Assembly (NCBI GenBank): GCA_012295275.1
Contig: CM022675.1
Location: 10,788,001-10,852,000 of the forward strand
Length of the DNA: 64,000 nt
Direction of reading: 5' to 3'
Origin: Chrysomallon squamiferum
Taxonomy: Eukaryota; Animalia; Mollusca
Positions within the stretch are counted from its first letter, which is position 1; every line of letters begins with the position of its first letter. Below are positions 28,578 through 42,820 of the stretch, piece by piece. A program made the position numbers and the translations under genes. The notes beneath the pieces were generated by a model. That model worked only from the letters and a program-made list of their open reading frames with translations, was not told the DNA's origin and searched no databases.

Positions 28578-29649
28578 TAAATGTGATAAGTATACAATAT
28601 TGTTTCATTTATCAGTATTATCTTTCTCTCTTTCACGGCAGATAAATTATTATAAGCAGAAACCAGCAAGATTATCTATAAACATGATTATATTCGACTA
28701 AACAGACAAACAAACAAATGATTAAACAAACGAATAAACAAACAAACAAAGAAGCAAACAAACAAACAAATGAATAAATAGGTCAGGAGAGGTGTTGGAC
28801 AAATGCATAAACTAATTTTTAGAATCCAACATTTTTAAAACTAAACTTACCACAAAAACAGTTATAAATTATTAAAATAAATTATAATTTAGCGATATTT
28901 GAAAGGAAAAAAAATGCGTATAGTGAAACAGATGTATAAACATTATAATTAAAATAAATTAAAATAAGAAATCAGTATTCACATAAATGAATAAAATTAC
29001 AATATATATAAATAAATGGATGAATGAATGAATGAATAATAAATAATAAATAAATAATTACAATTATATAAATGACTGAATGAATGAATGAATAAATAAA
29101 TAAATAGACAAAACATTAAACATATATAAAAGTAAATAATTGAATAAATATCTGAATGAAAGAATATTTAAGTGAATAAATATAAAAATATTTTCCTTAA
29201 AATGAGATAAAATAAAATAGAAAATATAATATAATATAATATAATGTAATGTAATATAATATAATATAATATAATGTAATATTATATAATATAATACAAT
29301 ATAATAAAACAACAGTACCAATAACAAACATAACAAACACATCAGTAATAAACACAATAAAATTAACTATATTTCTGATACAAATTAAAATCTAATCAAT
29401 TGAACACAGAACTAAAAAAAAAAAAAACCCACAAACACATTACTATTTAAACATAAAAAAATACAAAACACAAATAAACACAAACACACACACTAAAAAA
29501 AAAAAAAAAAAAAAAAAATAATAATAATAATAAAGGTTTATAATTTCCATTCGTTTCACCAAAAGACTCGATTCTCTTTCCACTTCTTCCATTTGATTTG
29601 CAAGCACTGTTATCAGTAATTGTCTTCACACATAGTAACATTCCGTCTT

Positions 29650-31100
29650 CCATTGTTAGCCTGTGACGGTCGGTTTAACACTCAATAAATTCTAGAAGGG
29701 GGTAGATTTAGATAAGACCAATTGAATCCTCCACCGACCAGGTGTTGAAAATTATTTTCAAATTTACGGAAATAAAATATCCCTTGATGAATGGATCATT
29801 TCATCGCCAGTATCAGCAATGCTCTCGTCGGCTTATTAAGGCATTGGACGTTCCTTATTCGCCAACAGAACGTATGGAAAAAAAAAAAAAAAAAAAAAAA
29901 TCTGATCCCAAGAAAAGAAGGGGGACTGCCTTCCCCATCAAAAGACCCCGAAGAAGGCCACCGTCTGAAAGAATTAAGCAACTTGTGCTTAGCATACTAA
30001 CGTTGGCTGCATCGGGAGGTCCATTGATGCCGTCGTGACAGGCGGAGAATGAATGTAGATGTTTTATGCGCTGTAGGGTCAAAGTATAAAGATCAAAGCG
30101 ATCGTCAGTAGTTTCGCTGTTTACCCATTCTCGCCCGTTTGTTTCCCCCTTCAGAAAGAAGAAAAAAGGACAAAAATGCCCACGTGTGTAAGTGCAGGAT
30201 GTAGACGAATGGTTATAAATGAGCCGGCAGCTTTCATGTAAGGGCTTCTATTCATCAGAGACGCATTCGCGAACAATAACGCACACAAATTTGGCGGAGA
30301 AGTTGCCGGCGTGCTTTTCAACGAAATAATAAAAAAAAAAAAGAGAAAAAGAAAATAAAAAAAAAGAAATCTGAAAAGACCAACAAGACTAGAAGCTAAA
30401 TGAGTCGCTCTCTTCAAATTTTTTTTTTTTTTTGTAAACACACGGACCTAAACTGATGAATACGAATTGCTTTTGATATCTGAATGCGTCATTGAAAAAC
30501 TGAAACGAAATCGTTGAATAGATCATCACTGACTTTCAACAGGTTTCTTTGCCACACTAAGAGAAAGTGGAATAAAAAAAAAGAAAATAAAAAAAAAAAT
30601 AATAAAAATAAGGGAAAAAAAGAAATGGAAGAAAGAAATCGAAGAAGAGAAATGTAACCAAGCTTGTCTGACAAACTGAACTCCGCGCGGTATAATATAT
30701 CAATAACATGTTATGGGGTCGCGTTAAATATCAGTAATATCTCATGTTTGTTGACGCTAAGTATCAATAATATATTATATTTGCTTCGCTGGCTTTTATG
30801 GTTTCTTAAATGTTTGATAACGGCAAGCTGATCTCTAAGTAATAACTCGGGAGTAGATTTAGAAATACTTTTATTCTCATATTTGTTGTTGTTTTTTTAT
30901 GGCCAGTTCAGCTTTTTATAGCCGTTTCTAGACTAGTGATGAAGTTTTATGACAACGTTCGGTACATACAAGAATTTATGTAATAGAAAATTTACGTGCT
31001 ATGATGTCCATCCGTACTTAGCTGCCCACTGGTCATTGAAGTTTATTGAACTCGTGCAATAGTTGTGTCCAGTGGATAATACTATGCAATGGGCACGTTG
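29650..31100. promoter_or_regulatory. Candidate Hox-cluster enhancer block
   Basis: About 1.4 kb of mostly unique, CpG-richer DNA with TGATGAAT, a TCF site AGATCAAAG (30090-30098) and a run of co-oriented TTTAT(G/A) sites at 30794-30996. Confidence 0.45.
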
Positions 31101-32154
31101 AATAACAAACGTTGTTAAGTGTTTAGTTCCAGTGTGTGTTTTAGGGGTCTATGATTCCAGTGCAAGAGATTTTAGCAATATTTTTATTACATCGAAACTG
31201 GTAGACAGGATTTCTGATGAATGAAATTCCGCAGAGGTGCAGAAGAAATGAACTGGAATATAGCTGATTTATCTATCGAGTATCTCTGTTGATCTATCTA
31301 TTCAGGAAAGAAGTAATTTATTTTTCATTTAGCTTGCTGTGTTACAGTGTTAATATATATATTGAAACGTATATATTAAAACGAAACTAAAAATACAAAT
31401 AAAATTAAAATAAAAATGGAAATAAAATTAAAATAATAATAATAATAATAATAACAATAATAATATAATAATAATAATAATAAATAATAATAATAAATAA
31501 ATAAATAAATAAAAATAAAAGTAAAAATAGATTAAAATTAAAATTAAAATTAAAGTTAAAATTAAAATTAAAAATAAAATTCATTTAAAATTACCTTTAA
31601 AAATAAATATATAAAATAATGATCCTAATCAACGAATGATTATTAATTTATCGAATTTATAAACAAACTAACAGATAATAACACAAGATGAATTACCTCG
31701 GAAATATCGTTAAAATTATTATTAATAATAATAAAACACAACAAAACAAAACAAGACAAAACAAAACAAAACAAAAAAATAAAATAAAATATTATAAAAT
31801 AAAATAAAATAAAATATATAAAAATTAAATAAAATATATTAAAAATTAAATTAAATTAAATTAAAAATAAAAAAGGAAAAGAAAGTAGCTATTAATATAG
31901 CAGAACAAAGTGACACACTGAAATACTTCAGCGCAAACTCATTAAACTCAAACTGAGAACTTTTTTTTTTTTGCATGAGAGGAGAATCGGATGAAAGATA
32001 CATTTTACATTCATACATTGACCGAGTATATTACATATTAAGAAAAAAAAAAAATTATATACTGTGAAAACATTGAAAGCAAATATTTGTTTTTAAAAAC
32101 AGTAAAACAATAACAAAAATTATTGAAAAAAAAAAAAAAAAATGAAATAAAAGA

Positions 32155-32196
<42 letters not shown>

Positions 32197-32439
32197 AAAT
32201 TAAAATAAAATAAGTAAATAATACTCTATAAAAAAAAAAAAAAAAAAAAAAAAAGAAAAAATTAAAAACAACAACAACAGAAATGGTAGCAGCTACCGCA
32301 ATACATGCAACTGCTACTACAACACTATCATTATAAAAAAAATGAAAAAACCATAAAATCATAACACAAAAACAATATCGTGCATTGAAAAGATAGATGA
32401 ATGAAATAAATATTTAATTAATATGTAAAATAAATAAAT

Positions 32440-32753
32440 AAATAAATAAAATTAAATAAATAAATAATAAATGCATATATAAATAAATAAATAAATAAAT
32501 AAAAATTAAATAAATAAATATATAAACAAACAAACAAACAAACAAACAAACAAATAATTAAATCGATATATAAATAAATAAAATAAAATAATAAATAAAT
32601 AAATAAATAAATAAATAAAATAATATAAAATAAAATATTATAAAATAAAATAAAATAAATAATAAATAAAATAAAATAAATTAATAAAATAAAATAAAAT
32701 ACAAAATATAAAATAAAATAAAATAAAATAAAATAAAATAAAATAAAATAAAA

Positions 32754-32800
<47 letters not shown>
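32440..32800. repeat. (AAAT)n/(AAAAT)n low-complexity tract
   Basis: Directly visible A-rich tetra- and pentanucleotide repeats. Similar tracts at 31390-31870 and 33360-33640. Confidence 0.9.
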
Positions 32801-33074
32801 GTAAGTTTAAAAGAACAATGTGTATAATGTAATTGATTTGTATTAGTAACAGTAAGTAACTGTGTGAGATTACTGGAATTGATCTCAGTATCTTAGAGAA
32901 ACCATTCATTTATTTAATAACATTAAAAACCATTACTCGCGTAACATTTATACTATGAATACATAAACACCGATTAAATGTTGTTGTTATGCAGCAACAG
33001 CAATAACAAACATATGAAACAACGATTAGAAAAAATGTAGTTGAAAAATAAATAAGAATAAGAATTTTAAAAAA

Positions 33075-33172
<98 letters not shown>

Positions 33173-33698
33173 ATTATTATGTTTGTGTAATGAAGAGGAA
33201 GAAGCTCTGATTCGCCTGTTTTTATCGATTACCAGCTTCCCACAGACAGAAAAAAAAATGAAATTTATGGAGCCTTGGCTGGAATGGTAAATAGCCGAAT
33301 TAGGGAAACGAGCATGTTTGATCGAAATATTAATTTTTAAAAGGGAAGAAGTAAAGAAAAAATGAATGAATGAATGAATGAATAGATAAATAAATAAATA
33401 AATAAATAAATAAAAAAATAAAAAAAAAAAGAAAAACGGAATAAAATAATTAAAATAATTAAACAAAAATAAATAAAACAAAATAAAATAATAAATAAAA
33501 AAAAAAATACATTAAAGAAATAAATAAAATAAATAAATAAAATAAAATAAAATAAAATAAATAAAATAAAATAAAATAAAATAAAATAAAATAAAATAAA
33601 ATAAAATAAAATAAAATAAAATAAAATAAAATAAAAATGCAGAAAAGACCCGCTCTCATTTCTTCCCATCTTTCCTGTACCTAACAATTTCTAGAAAG

Positions 33699-33739
<41 letters not shown>

Positions 33740-33741
<2 letters not shown>

Positions 33742-33952
33742 ATTCAAACTCGTAGCTGGGTATCGCGTTCACCCTCCTCGCTGACTTGTTGGAAATTAAG
33801 ACGCGTTTCGGGACATGCCCGCCGACTTCACCCTAATCATTTATTTGTTGGAGTCGGGGTGGGACACACCCATTTGACAGGTGTCATAGACAGACATCGG
33901 GCTTAAATTTCTCCCGAGCATTATCAGGCTGTCTGTCGCTTGTACCGGGAAG

Positions 33953-33988
<36 letters not shown>

Positions 33989-34330
33989 GCAAAGAGAGAG
34001 AGAGAAAAAAACAACAACAAGAAACTCCACAGAAAAAGCCTGGCTGTGTTGATTTGGATTATGAGGAGACAGGCAAAAGGATTGACGTACACAGCAATAA
34101 AGATAAAGAGCGGATTAGACAGAGGAGTTTGGGGCAGTGGAGATTACAGTGCTAATAATAATTACACTGAAGTTAATGTTGTGTATCGAAAGGGTGGTTA
34201 ATCTCCGGGTATTTGTGTACACAGGTAACCGAGACTCGATGGGTGTGTAATACTGTGTGTTTGCTTTGTGTGCGAAATTTCTGGTAATTGTTTGATGGGC
34301 TGGGTGTTGGTGTATCTAGCTCTCCAAATG
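33740..34330. promoter_or_regulatory. Candidate TALE/K50 homeodomain enhancer
   Basis: TGACAGGTGTCA (33875-33886) plus several GGATTA/AGATTA/TAATC sites in a GC-richer island. Confidence 0.4.
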
Positions 34331-34343
34331 AAATGTATACATC

Positions 34344-34387
<44 letters not shown>

Positions 34388-34455
34388 GTTGTTGTTTGTA
34401 TAGTATAGTAGCAACAGTGGTAACAACAGCGATTTAATTAATAATAATAATAAAA

Positions 34456-34486
<31 letters not shown>

Positions 34487-35893
34487 AAGAAGAAAATAAT
34501 AAAATAAAATTCAGATTTAAAAACGGAACATTTAGTTTTTTCAAATGCATAGCTCTACTGATTTGATTGATATTAGACAACATTGATTCATTTTAATTCA
34601 CACCAAAGTATTTATTTTTCTTTCAAAGAAAAGAAATGGATGAGGAATCAATTACAAAAATAAAATACAAAAAAAAAAAAAAAATAAAAAAATAATAATA
34701 ATAAACAAAAATAATAACAACAAACACAAACATCCACATAAAACGTACAAAACTATTACAGTGTGAATGTTTGATACTCAAGGATCAAAGATTTGACAAA
34801 GAGTAAAAACTTGGAGCTGTTTCAGATCGTATCCTTTGTGAAAATTAACTGTAATCATAAAGTCGCTCTATCCTAGCTTTCCTACAGCCAAACTCTTAAC
34901 ATAGTCACTCTGCTTAGTTAGAAAACAAGACCAGAGGATCGCACGAACAGGACAGGCGTGCTTGAATTTTCAGTATATTATAAGGATGTTAGCTTTTAGA
35001 AATATTTTCTTTTGATGAATTAATTATTCGAGATTATTTTAAAACAGACCTAACTGCAACTTCTGCAACTGAACACCTGAAAGAATAAAATAAAAAAATA
35101 ATATTAAAAATAAAATATAAAGAATAAAAATACAAAATAAAATAATAAAAATATAAAAAGGAGATCTCTATGTTATTTACAGATTATAAATCTTTATTCT
35201 GAAATTGAAATGTATATTACATCCATTCTTTAAAGTGACTTGTAAACCTAATTCTACACGTTATTTCAGACACTATTTCAAAATCATATCCTCAAATTGT
35301 TACTAAAATTCAACTATAAAACTGATTCTAAAGGTGAATTTGTTTGTAATCTTGATTCTAAAACTTAGTTTAAATCTTAATTCGTAATCTTAACATACTT
35401 TTTCATCCGAAACCTAATTCTGAAACCTTTGTCTGAAATTATTTTCTAAATTTTAATACTTTAACAAATTCTGTAACTTACTTCTGAAACCAATTCTAAA
35501 TCGTAGATTGTAAACGATTCCAGTTTCAGATATTCTTTAATTCCAAAACCTGTTTTGTAATCTTAGATCTTAAAATGATTCGAAACGAAAATTAATTTTT
35601 TGAAATTTTAATCTGAAGGTGATTCTGAAATCTTAGATTTTACATCACACTTAACTTCTGCAACCAGTTTTTTACGATCTCCGATCTTAATAGAATTCTA
35701 AACTTGAAGTCTAAAACTGTATCTAAAATCTTAATTTTTAACCGTTTATGAAACTAAGAAGATTAGAACACATTACAGATTCTTAAAAAAGAAAAGAGCA
35801 ACAGAAATAAAAAAGAAAAAAGAAAAACAACAAAAAAAATTAAATTAAATTAAATTAAAAATTAAAAATAAACGAAGAGGATAATAATAATAA

Positions 35894-35924
<31 letters not shown>

Positions 35925-36481
35925 AAGAAGAAGAAAAAAAAAAGAAGAAGAAGAAGAAGAAAAAGAAGAAAAAGAAGAAAAAGAAGACGAAGAAGAAGAA
36001 GAAGAAGAAGACGACGAAGAAAAAGAAAAGATGCCAACTTTTTTTTTTTTTAACCAAATTTATCATTCACATCTGCCGATTCAAATTTTCTTTTCTTTTC
36101 TTTTCTTTCTTTTTTCTTTTTCTTTTTTAATTCTTTTTTTTTCACCTTGGCAAGCTAGAAATGTTTGGATTTGTTTATTGCTTGCGCGCGTGTCACTGCG
36201 ATCCACCCTTCTGGCAGACGAGATGAAAACGTTGGCGTTTATCCGACAACAGCCTTAACGACAACAATGACTAAACGCCTTCGTGCGTCGTGTCGCAGCG
36301 GAGACAGCATCTGATATTGTAATTATTTACAAACAAGGCTGTATTCACGTTCCTACGACACCGACAACGGACGTTGGTGTCTGGACGGCAGCTACGTCTG
36401 CAGCTCCGTGACGACTTCGTGTGTGCTCTCTCTCTCTGTCTCTCGTGTGACGTCGTTTTCTTCTGTGTTTGATTTCATTTA

Positions 36482-36514
<33 letters not shown>

Positions 36515-36810
36515 GTCAGACGTATTTGTAGATGTGTTTGTGCGGGTTTGATTGTTTGTGTGTGTGTGATGAGTGTGAGAGAGAAACAGATAGGTATAAG
36601 TAAGAGAAAAATATGTTTCAGGGGAAATAAAAAAATATAAGCTAACAAAAGATGAAATAAATTAAAATAAAATAAAATAAAATAAAATAAAATAAATAAA
36701 TAAATAATAGAAAAAAAAAGGAAGAAAAAAAGATAAAACTCGAGAGAACAAAAGCTGAAAATAAAGCAAAAAGAAACCAACCGCTGCCCCCAATACAAAA
36801 AAAAAAAAAA

Positions 36811-36867
<57 letters not shown>

Positions 36868-37436
36868 ATAAAACAACTGTCAAAACAAATTTTTTTACTT
36901 AATAATTCAGTCCATCCACGTTTTTGTCAAATCAAATAACGACAAAACGTAACCTGACAACGCTACAATCCATTACTTTTGACGCTCTGAAGTCGGCCAT
37001 CAAAATCTGTTTTAACATAGCACTGTTTCTGCCACTCGCCCCAGCTGGCACACACGAAACACAAACTTGTTTACTTCCCACTGTCGTAAACAACATCGAG
37101 AAGGAAGAAATACTGTACAGCATGATGTCAGATAACGAGTGACAACCGAGAAGAAACCAGACAAGACGTCACGCTGTTGCGGATTGTACTGGATTTCTTC
37201 CTTCGTTACTTCGACCCTTCCCTTACGGCGGACAGCAGTAAGGCTGCGAGATTACGTTGACACTAATACCGTTCAGAGAATAATACATGACTGTGTTATC
37301 ACAAAGTGTCAAGCAAAACTAGGCAAGTAAGAAACAGAAATAGAAGACAAAAAAAAAAAAAAAAAAATAACAGAGTAGAGAAAAAAAAGTATAAAAATAT
37401 GAAAAAAAAGAAGAAAAAAAAAAGAGCCGAGATAGA

Positions 37437-37526
<90 letters not shown>

Positions 37527-38185
37527 TCAGTTAGAGAAGTCGGAATAAAATAAAGAGAAACCAAATAGAAAACAAATATTCAGTTTAATCTAAAACAAAC
37601 AATTGCTTAATTATTTTTTTTAAATGTATCTATATACTGTTACAAAGCAAAAACAAAACAGTAAATTACTCATTAACAGTCACACTAAGGTTATTGCAGT
37701 TGTTTAGATGCAGTAACATTAACGGGCAGAAGTTGTAGCTGTACCAGATGTAGTCGTAGTGGTAGTAACATGATGATAGAGGGAGTAGCGATAGAAGTAA
37801 TGTTAGTAATAGCAGCAGTAGCACTATTTATATTAGAAGTAGTATTATTGTTAGCAGTAGCATTAGCAATAGTGATGATATAATAGCAGTCTTAGTACTA
37901 CTGGCAGTAATAGTATAGTTTGAGATGGTACTAATAATATTAGTAGTAGTGGTTGTAGTAGTATTATTAGTAGTAATAGTGATAGTAAGAGCAGTGGTAG
38001 TAATCGTCGTAGTAGTAATAGTAATAATGGCGGTAGTAGTACTAGTAGTAGTAATAGTAGCAGTAGTGGTATAGTAGTAGCAGCTGAAGTTGTGGTAGTG
38101 GTAGTATTAGTAACAGTATTAATGACAGTCGTTGTTTTATGTAATACCTTCTTTTCAGTCATTTTGAATTTATTTTCGTTCTTCT

Positions 38186-38218
<33 letters not shown>

Positions 38219-39491
38219 ATATCCATTTGTTTGTTTTCCGTTAATGTCAATGAGGAAACAAATTGTTATTCTTGTTATGGGAAAACATACGTGAGAAACA
38301 ATTATACATATTTTTGCTTAGAATTATGCCGGCGATACGCGCGGGGAAAAAAATACAACAACATTAATTTGAATTTATTGGAAATGCCATACGTGTGCAG
38401 GTAACAAATCTTCCATGTCAATAATATAACAAAATGAAGCAATTAAAACTAGATAAAAATTAAATAAATTAATAATGGAAAAATATAAAAAAAAGATAAT
38501 GATAATATACACCCACTCATTTTATATATATATCTCGAATTCTCTGATCGTGTCTTTCTATCACTTTCAGTTTTTCTGTCCTCCCTGTGATACTCGTACA
38601 TGCTCAGACACACACACATACATACAACCGCTCACACTGTGGCTCAACACTTTATTATATACACTCCATCTTCACCGTACCCTGAAGCTTACCTTCGTAC
38701 CCACTTTTTCACTATACACTCTGAAAAAAAATAAATAATAATAATCCTGCAGCAAAGCTTGTCCATTGTTGTGAAAGCCTTGCCGGACAAACTTCAATCG
38801 GGTCTTCTAATCCGAGCACATACTTTGATCAACCCTTGATTTCGTATCTATTATATAGGTGAGAGAAGAAAAAAAAAAAGAAATATATCTTCTCTCCGAC
38901 ATCTGGCAAGCTCATGAAACCACTCGAATTTCTCGCCAATGTTCATTCCGACAACTTCGCGGTGACAGTAAATACTAGTTACAAACTTGCCATACGCAGA
39001 ATGTTATTAATTTTTATTATCGAGGTTAAAGCATAAAAATTTCGGTTTCGTATTGTGACAATGTTGTCTCAGTTATCGTCAAAAATGTTTTTATTTTTTT
39101 TTTTTTTACAGAAGCAGCGACTGGAGTCATAATAGAGGAATGATAAATGTACGGCTGGGTTAATGAATAAATGAATAAATTATTATTTATCAGATCTGAC
39201 GAAGAGATATGTTGACTCGGGGTAAGGGAGAGAACAAATACACGCGGTAAACGCGGACGTTATTGGAAACAGATATATTTAAAAAAAAAAATGAAGGAAA
39301 GAACGAAAGAAAGAAAAAAACGAATTAATGAATAAATGAAAGAGTGAATTTATGAATGTGAATAAATGAATGAAACAGTGAGTGAGAATCAGAACACAAA
39401 ACTATGCAAAGAAATAGCCTGATATATTATAGCAAACATACTATAAATGAAAAATGAATAAATGATATATATAGATAGATATAGATAGATC

Positions 39492-39547
<56 letters not shown>

Positions 39548-40130
39548 TAAATATAGATATTAACACACAGAAAAAGAGACAGACAGAGAGACAGATTGGA
39601 GGTAGATTGACAGATAACTAGATAGACAGAGAGACACATAAACATATAAACTGACAAGTCAATTGATTTATTGACAAGAAGTCAAACAAAATATCTCTTA
39701 TTTTCATATTACGTAAACATCGTCCAAAGAATCTTCTAAATTCAAAATAAACTCTATTCATGGTTTTTCTTTCATTCTTTCTTTCTTTTTTTTTCTCTTT
39801 TTCTTTTTGACAAACAAAATGCGCCTAAACTGATAAAAAAAAAAAAAAAAAAAAAAAAATAATATTTTAACGTCAAAGCCTCGAGACAGGACGCACAAAA
39901 GAATAAATATTGGGCCGGGAGAGATTATCCATGTAACGACAAGGTGCTAGCTTGTTGCTGTTTTCCAGCTATTTTGTCGAACACGTTCACACCAACCTGT
40001 TAATCGCGTTGAGAAGCACATAAAACCAAGCGAGGCGTTTTGATACGCGCTGGGTAGCGTCTGGAGCTCTGTGTCCTTTCAGCAGAGACACCAGCACCTC
40101 CACACCGCAGAGACAGTTACACACGGGAAA

Positions 40131-40280
40131 AGAAAAAGGAGAAGGAGAAGAAGAAGAAGAAGAAGAAGAAGAAGAAGAAGAAGAAGAAGAAGAAGAAGAA
40201 GAAGAAGAAGGAGAAGAAGGAGAAGAAGAAGAAGAAGAAGAAGAAGAAGAAGAAGAAGGAGAAGAAGAAGGAGAAGAAGG
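40131..40280. repeat. (GAA)n/(GGAGAAGAA)n microsatellite
   Basis: Directly visible; produces the poly-R, poly-L and poly-F ORFs. Confidence 0.95.
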
Positions 40281-40779
40281 ATGGATTTATTAAGGCGACC
40301 AGAAGATGTCGCCACGACATTCCCTGATACGCTGGCTACGACCGCGTGAATGTCTGCTGCAGCAACAGTAAACGGTGTTTTAACCGAAAAAAAAAAAAAA
40401 AAAAAAAGCCCAGACGGTTTATGTTGTTGTTGTTGTTGTTTTTTTTGTTTGTTTTCTTTGACCACGGTAAAACCACATCTGTCATTCCGATGTCTTGCAC
40501 CAAGCACGCATGCGCGTTGTCTTCACGCGACTGTCACGGTTCGCTGAACTGGATGGAGGAAATCGAAGCGAACGATGCGTTATGGCTTCCTTTCTGCGGT
40601 GCTTCTACGACATTCGGATGAAATCACTTTGAATTATTGTGCAGTGGAAAGCCGTCGTGAAAGGTAAATGGAGAATACCCAGAAGAGAAAAAAATGTAAA
40701 GTTATCCTTTCTTGTCTAGACCGATGCTGTTGTTTGATTTCATCCGAAGAGAGCTTAAGTGGAAAATAAAAATAAAATG

Positions 40780-40863
<84 letters not shown>

Positions 40864-41004
40864 CTGATATTTGTTGTGCAATATTCATCGCTGTTCTTCC
40901 AGTTTATTGTATAAATAAAACAATAAAAAATATATGCATATAGAAAAAGAAAGAAGTAGATGAACAAACAAACAGATATATAAATAAATAAATAAATAAA
41001 TAAA

Positions 41005-41054
<50 letters not shown>

Positions 41055-41478
41055 TGCTGATGATGATGACGACGACAGTAATAATACATTTTTAGTATTA
41101 CTATTATTATTATTATTATTTCAAGCAGCTTGTTGGTGAGATACTTAAACAATTAACTTTTAAAGTGGTTGGTATGTTCAGTGTACTGGATGCCATCTGT
41201 AAGTGCGTGGGATCGCTGACAAAATTGGATCATTATATTCTATTTCTGTGAATTAAGTTCCATTATTGTCGCTCATTTCACAAAGGAAAGCATTATGAAG
41301 AGAAAGTTGTCATACGAAATGAGGGCATGCGTGTGTGATGCGGAACAGGTAGCGTATAAAAGCTGTCTGTCTGTCTGTTTGTCAGTGTGTGACTCTTTTC
41401 TACCTCTTTCTTCTGTTCAGTTTATCAGTATTTATACAACACTGTCTGTCTGTCTCTCCTTCTCTCTCTCTCTCTCTT

Positions 41479-41525
<47 letters not shown>

Positions 41526-41824
41526 ATCTCTCTGCTTCTCTCTCTCTTTCCCTGACTCTACAAATACATTCATCACACACTCTCTCTCTCTGCTCTTACA
41601 TATATACATAGAACTAAATATACATAACACACACATATACATATATACATAGAACTATACATACATACATACATACATACATACATACATACATACATAC
41701 ATACGTACGTACATACATACATACAAACATATATACATTCGTAGAAAAGAACATACAATCATGTTTACATAGGTACGTGCATATGTGCATGCGTCCATAC
41801 ACGTATATACATACAGAAACACAC

Positions 41825-41863
<39 letters not shown>

Positions 41864-42724
41864 CACACACACACACACACGCACACATACACACATATAT
41901 ATATAAACTGTAATATTTAAAAATTATTGGCTTCTTTCTTACATTCAAAATTAATTTCATTTATTTTTTTGTAAACATTTTTTTTCATCAGTATTTATTT
42001 ATTTTATTATTATTGTTATTTTTTTTTTTTTTTTTATGTACTTGGTATCAACAATTATCTACTTTTGCATTTTCACTAAACAGATAAAAAAAAAAAAAGA
42101 AGAAGAAGAATAATAGTGTCACTTAATATTTGTCATCGAAATGCAAATTCCCCAATGGCGTCAGTGACAATTTTGACCTGGTTTTAGAAGTGTTAAATTT
42201 AATTACAAGAAATAATGAAAAAAAAAATAAAATTTTTTTAGGATTCACAGATTAAATTTTATAGAAAAATGATTGATTTCAAAAATTTCGCTGTAGAATT
42301 AGAAAGAAATAAACATAAAAATAAAAAAAATGGAGTGAAATTCAGGTACTTGTATTAAAATTTGCTTATCAGTCAGTTTCGCCACATATTAACCGTTAAA
42401 AAGATGATATTGTAGTTTTGGGTTCTGCGTCGTTTATTTAATTATACTTTAGGAGAATGAAAAAAAAAAGGGACAAAAAGGAAGTTTAAATATTATTTAA
42501 TTTTAATAGAAGAGAATAAAAAAAATAATAATAATTAAAAAATCAAACCATAAAGTGTTTTGTTATTTGTGGAAATGTGTATATTTATCCATCTGTCTGT
42601 CTGTCTGTCTGTCTCCACTGTGCATGTCTTTTTGTGTTGCTAGTGCAGAGAGTGTCTCTATGTCACACAGACATATATATATATATATAAAAGAAAGAGT
42701 GAGAGAGGGAGGGAGGGAGGGAGG

Positions 42725-42820
<96 letters not shown>

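Noticed and set aside
29742-30082. Overlapping 60-98-aa ORFs in a GC-richer island
   Set aside because: They are interrupted by a poly-A run and resemble no family I know. The island is better explained as non-coding regulatory DNA.
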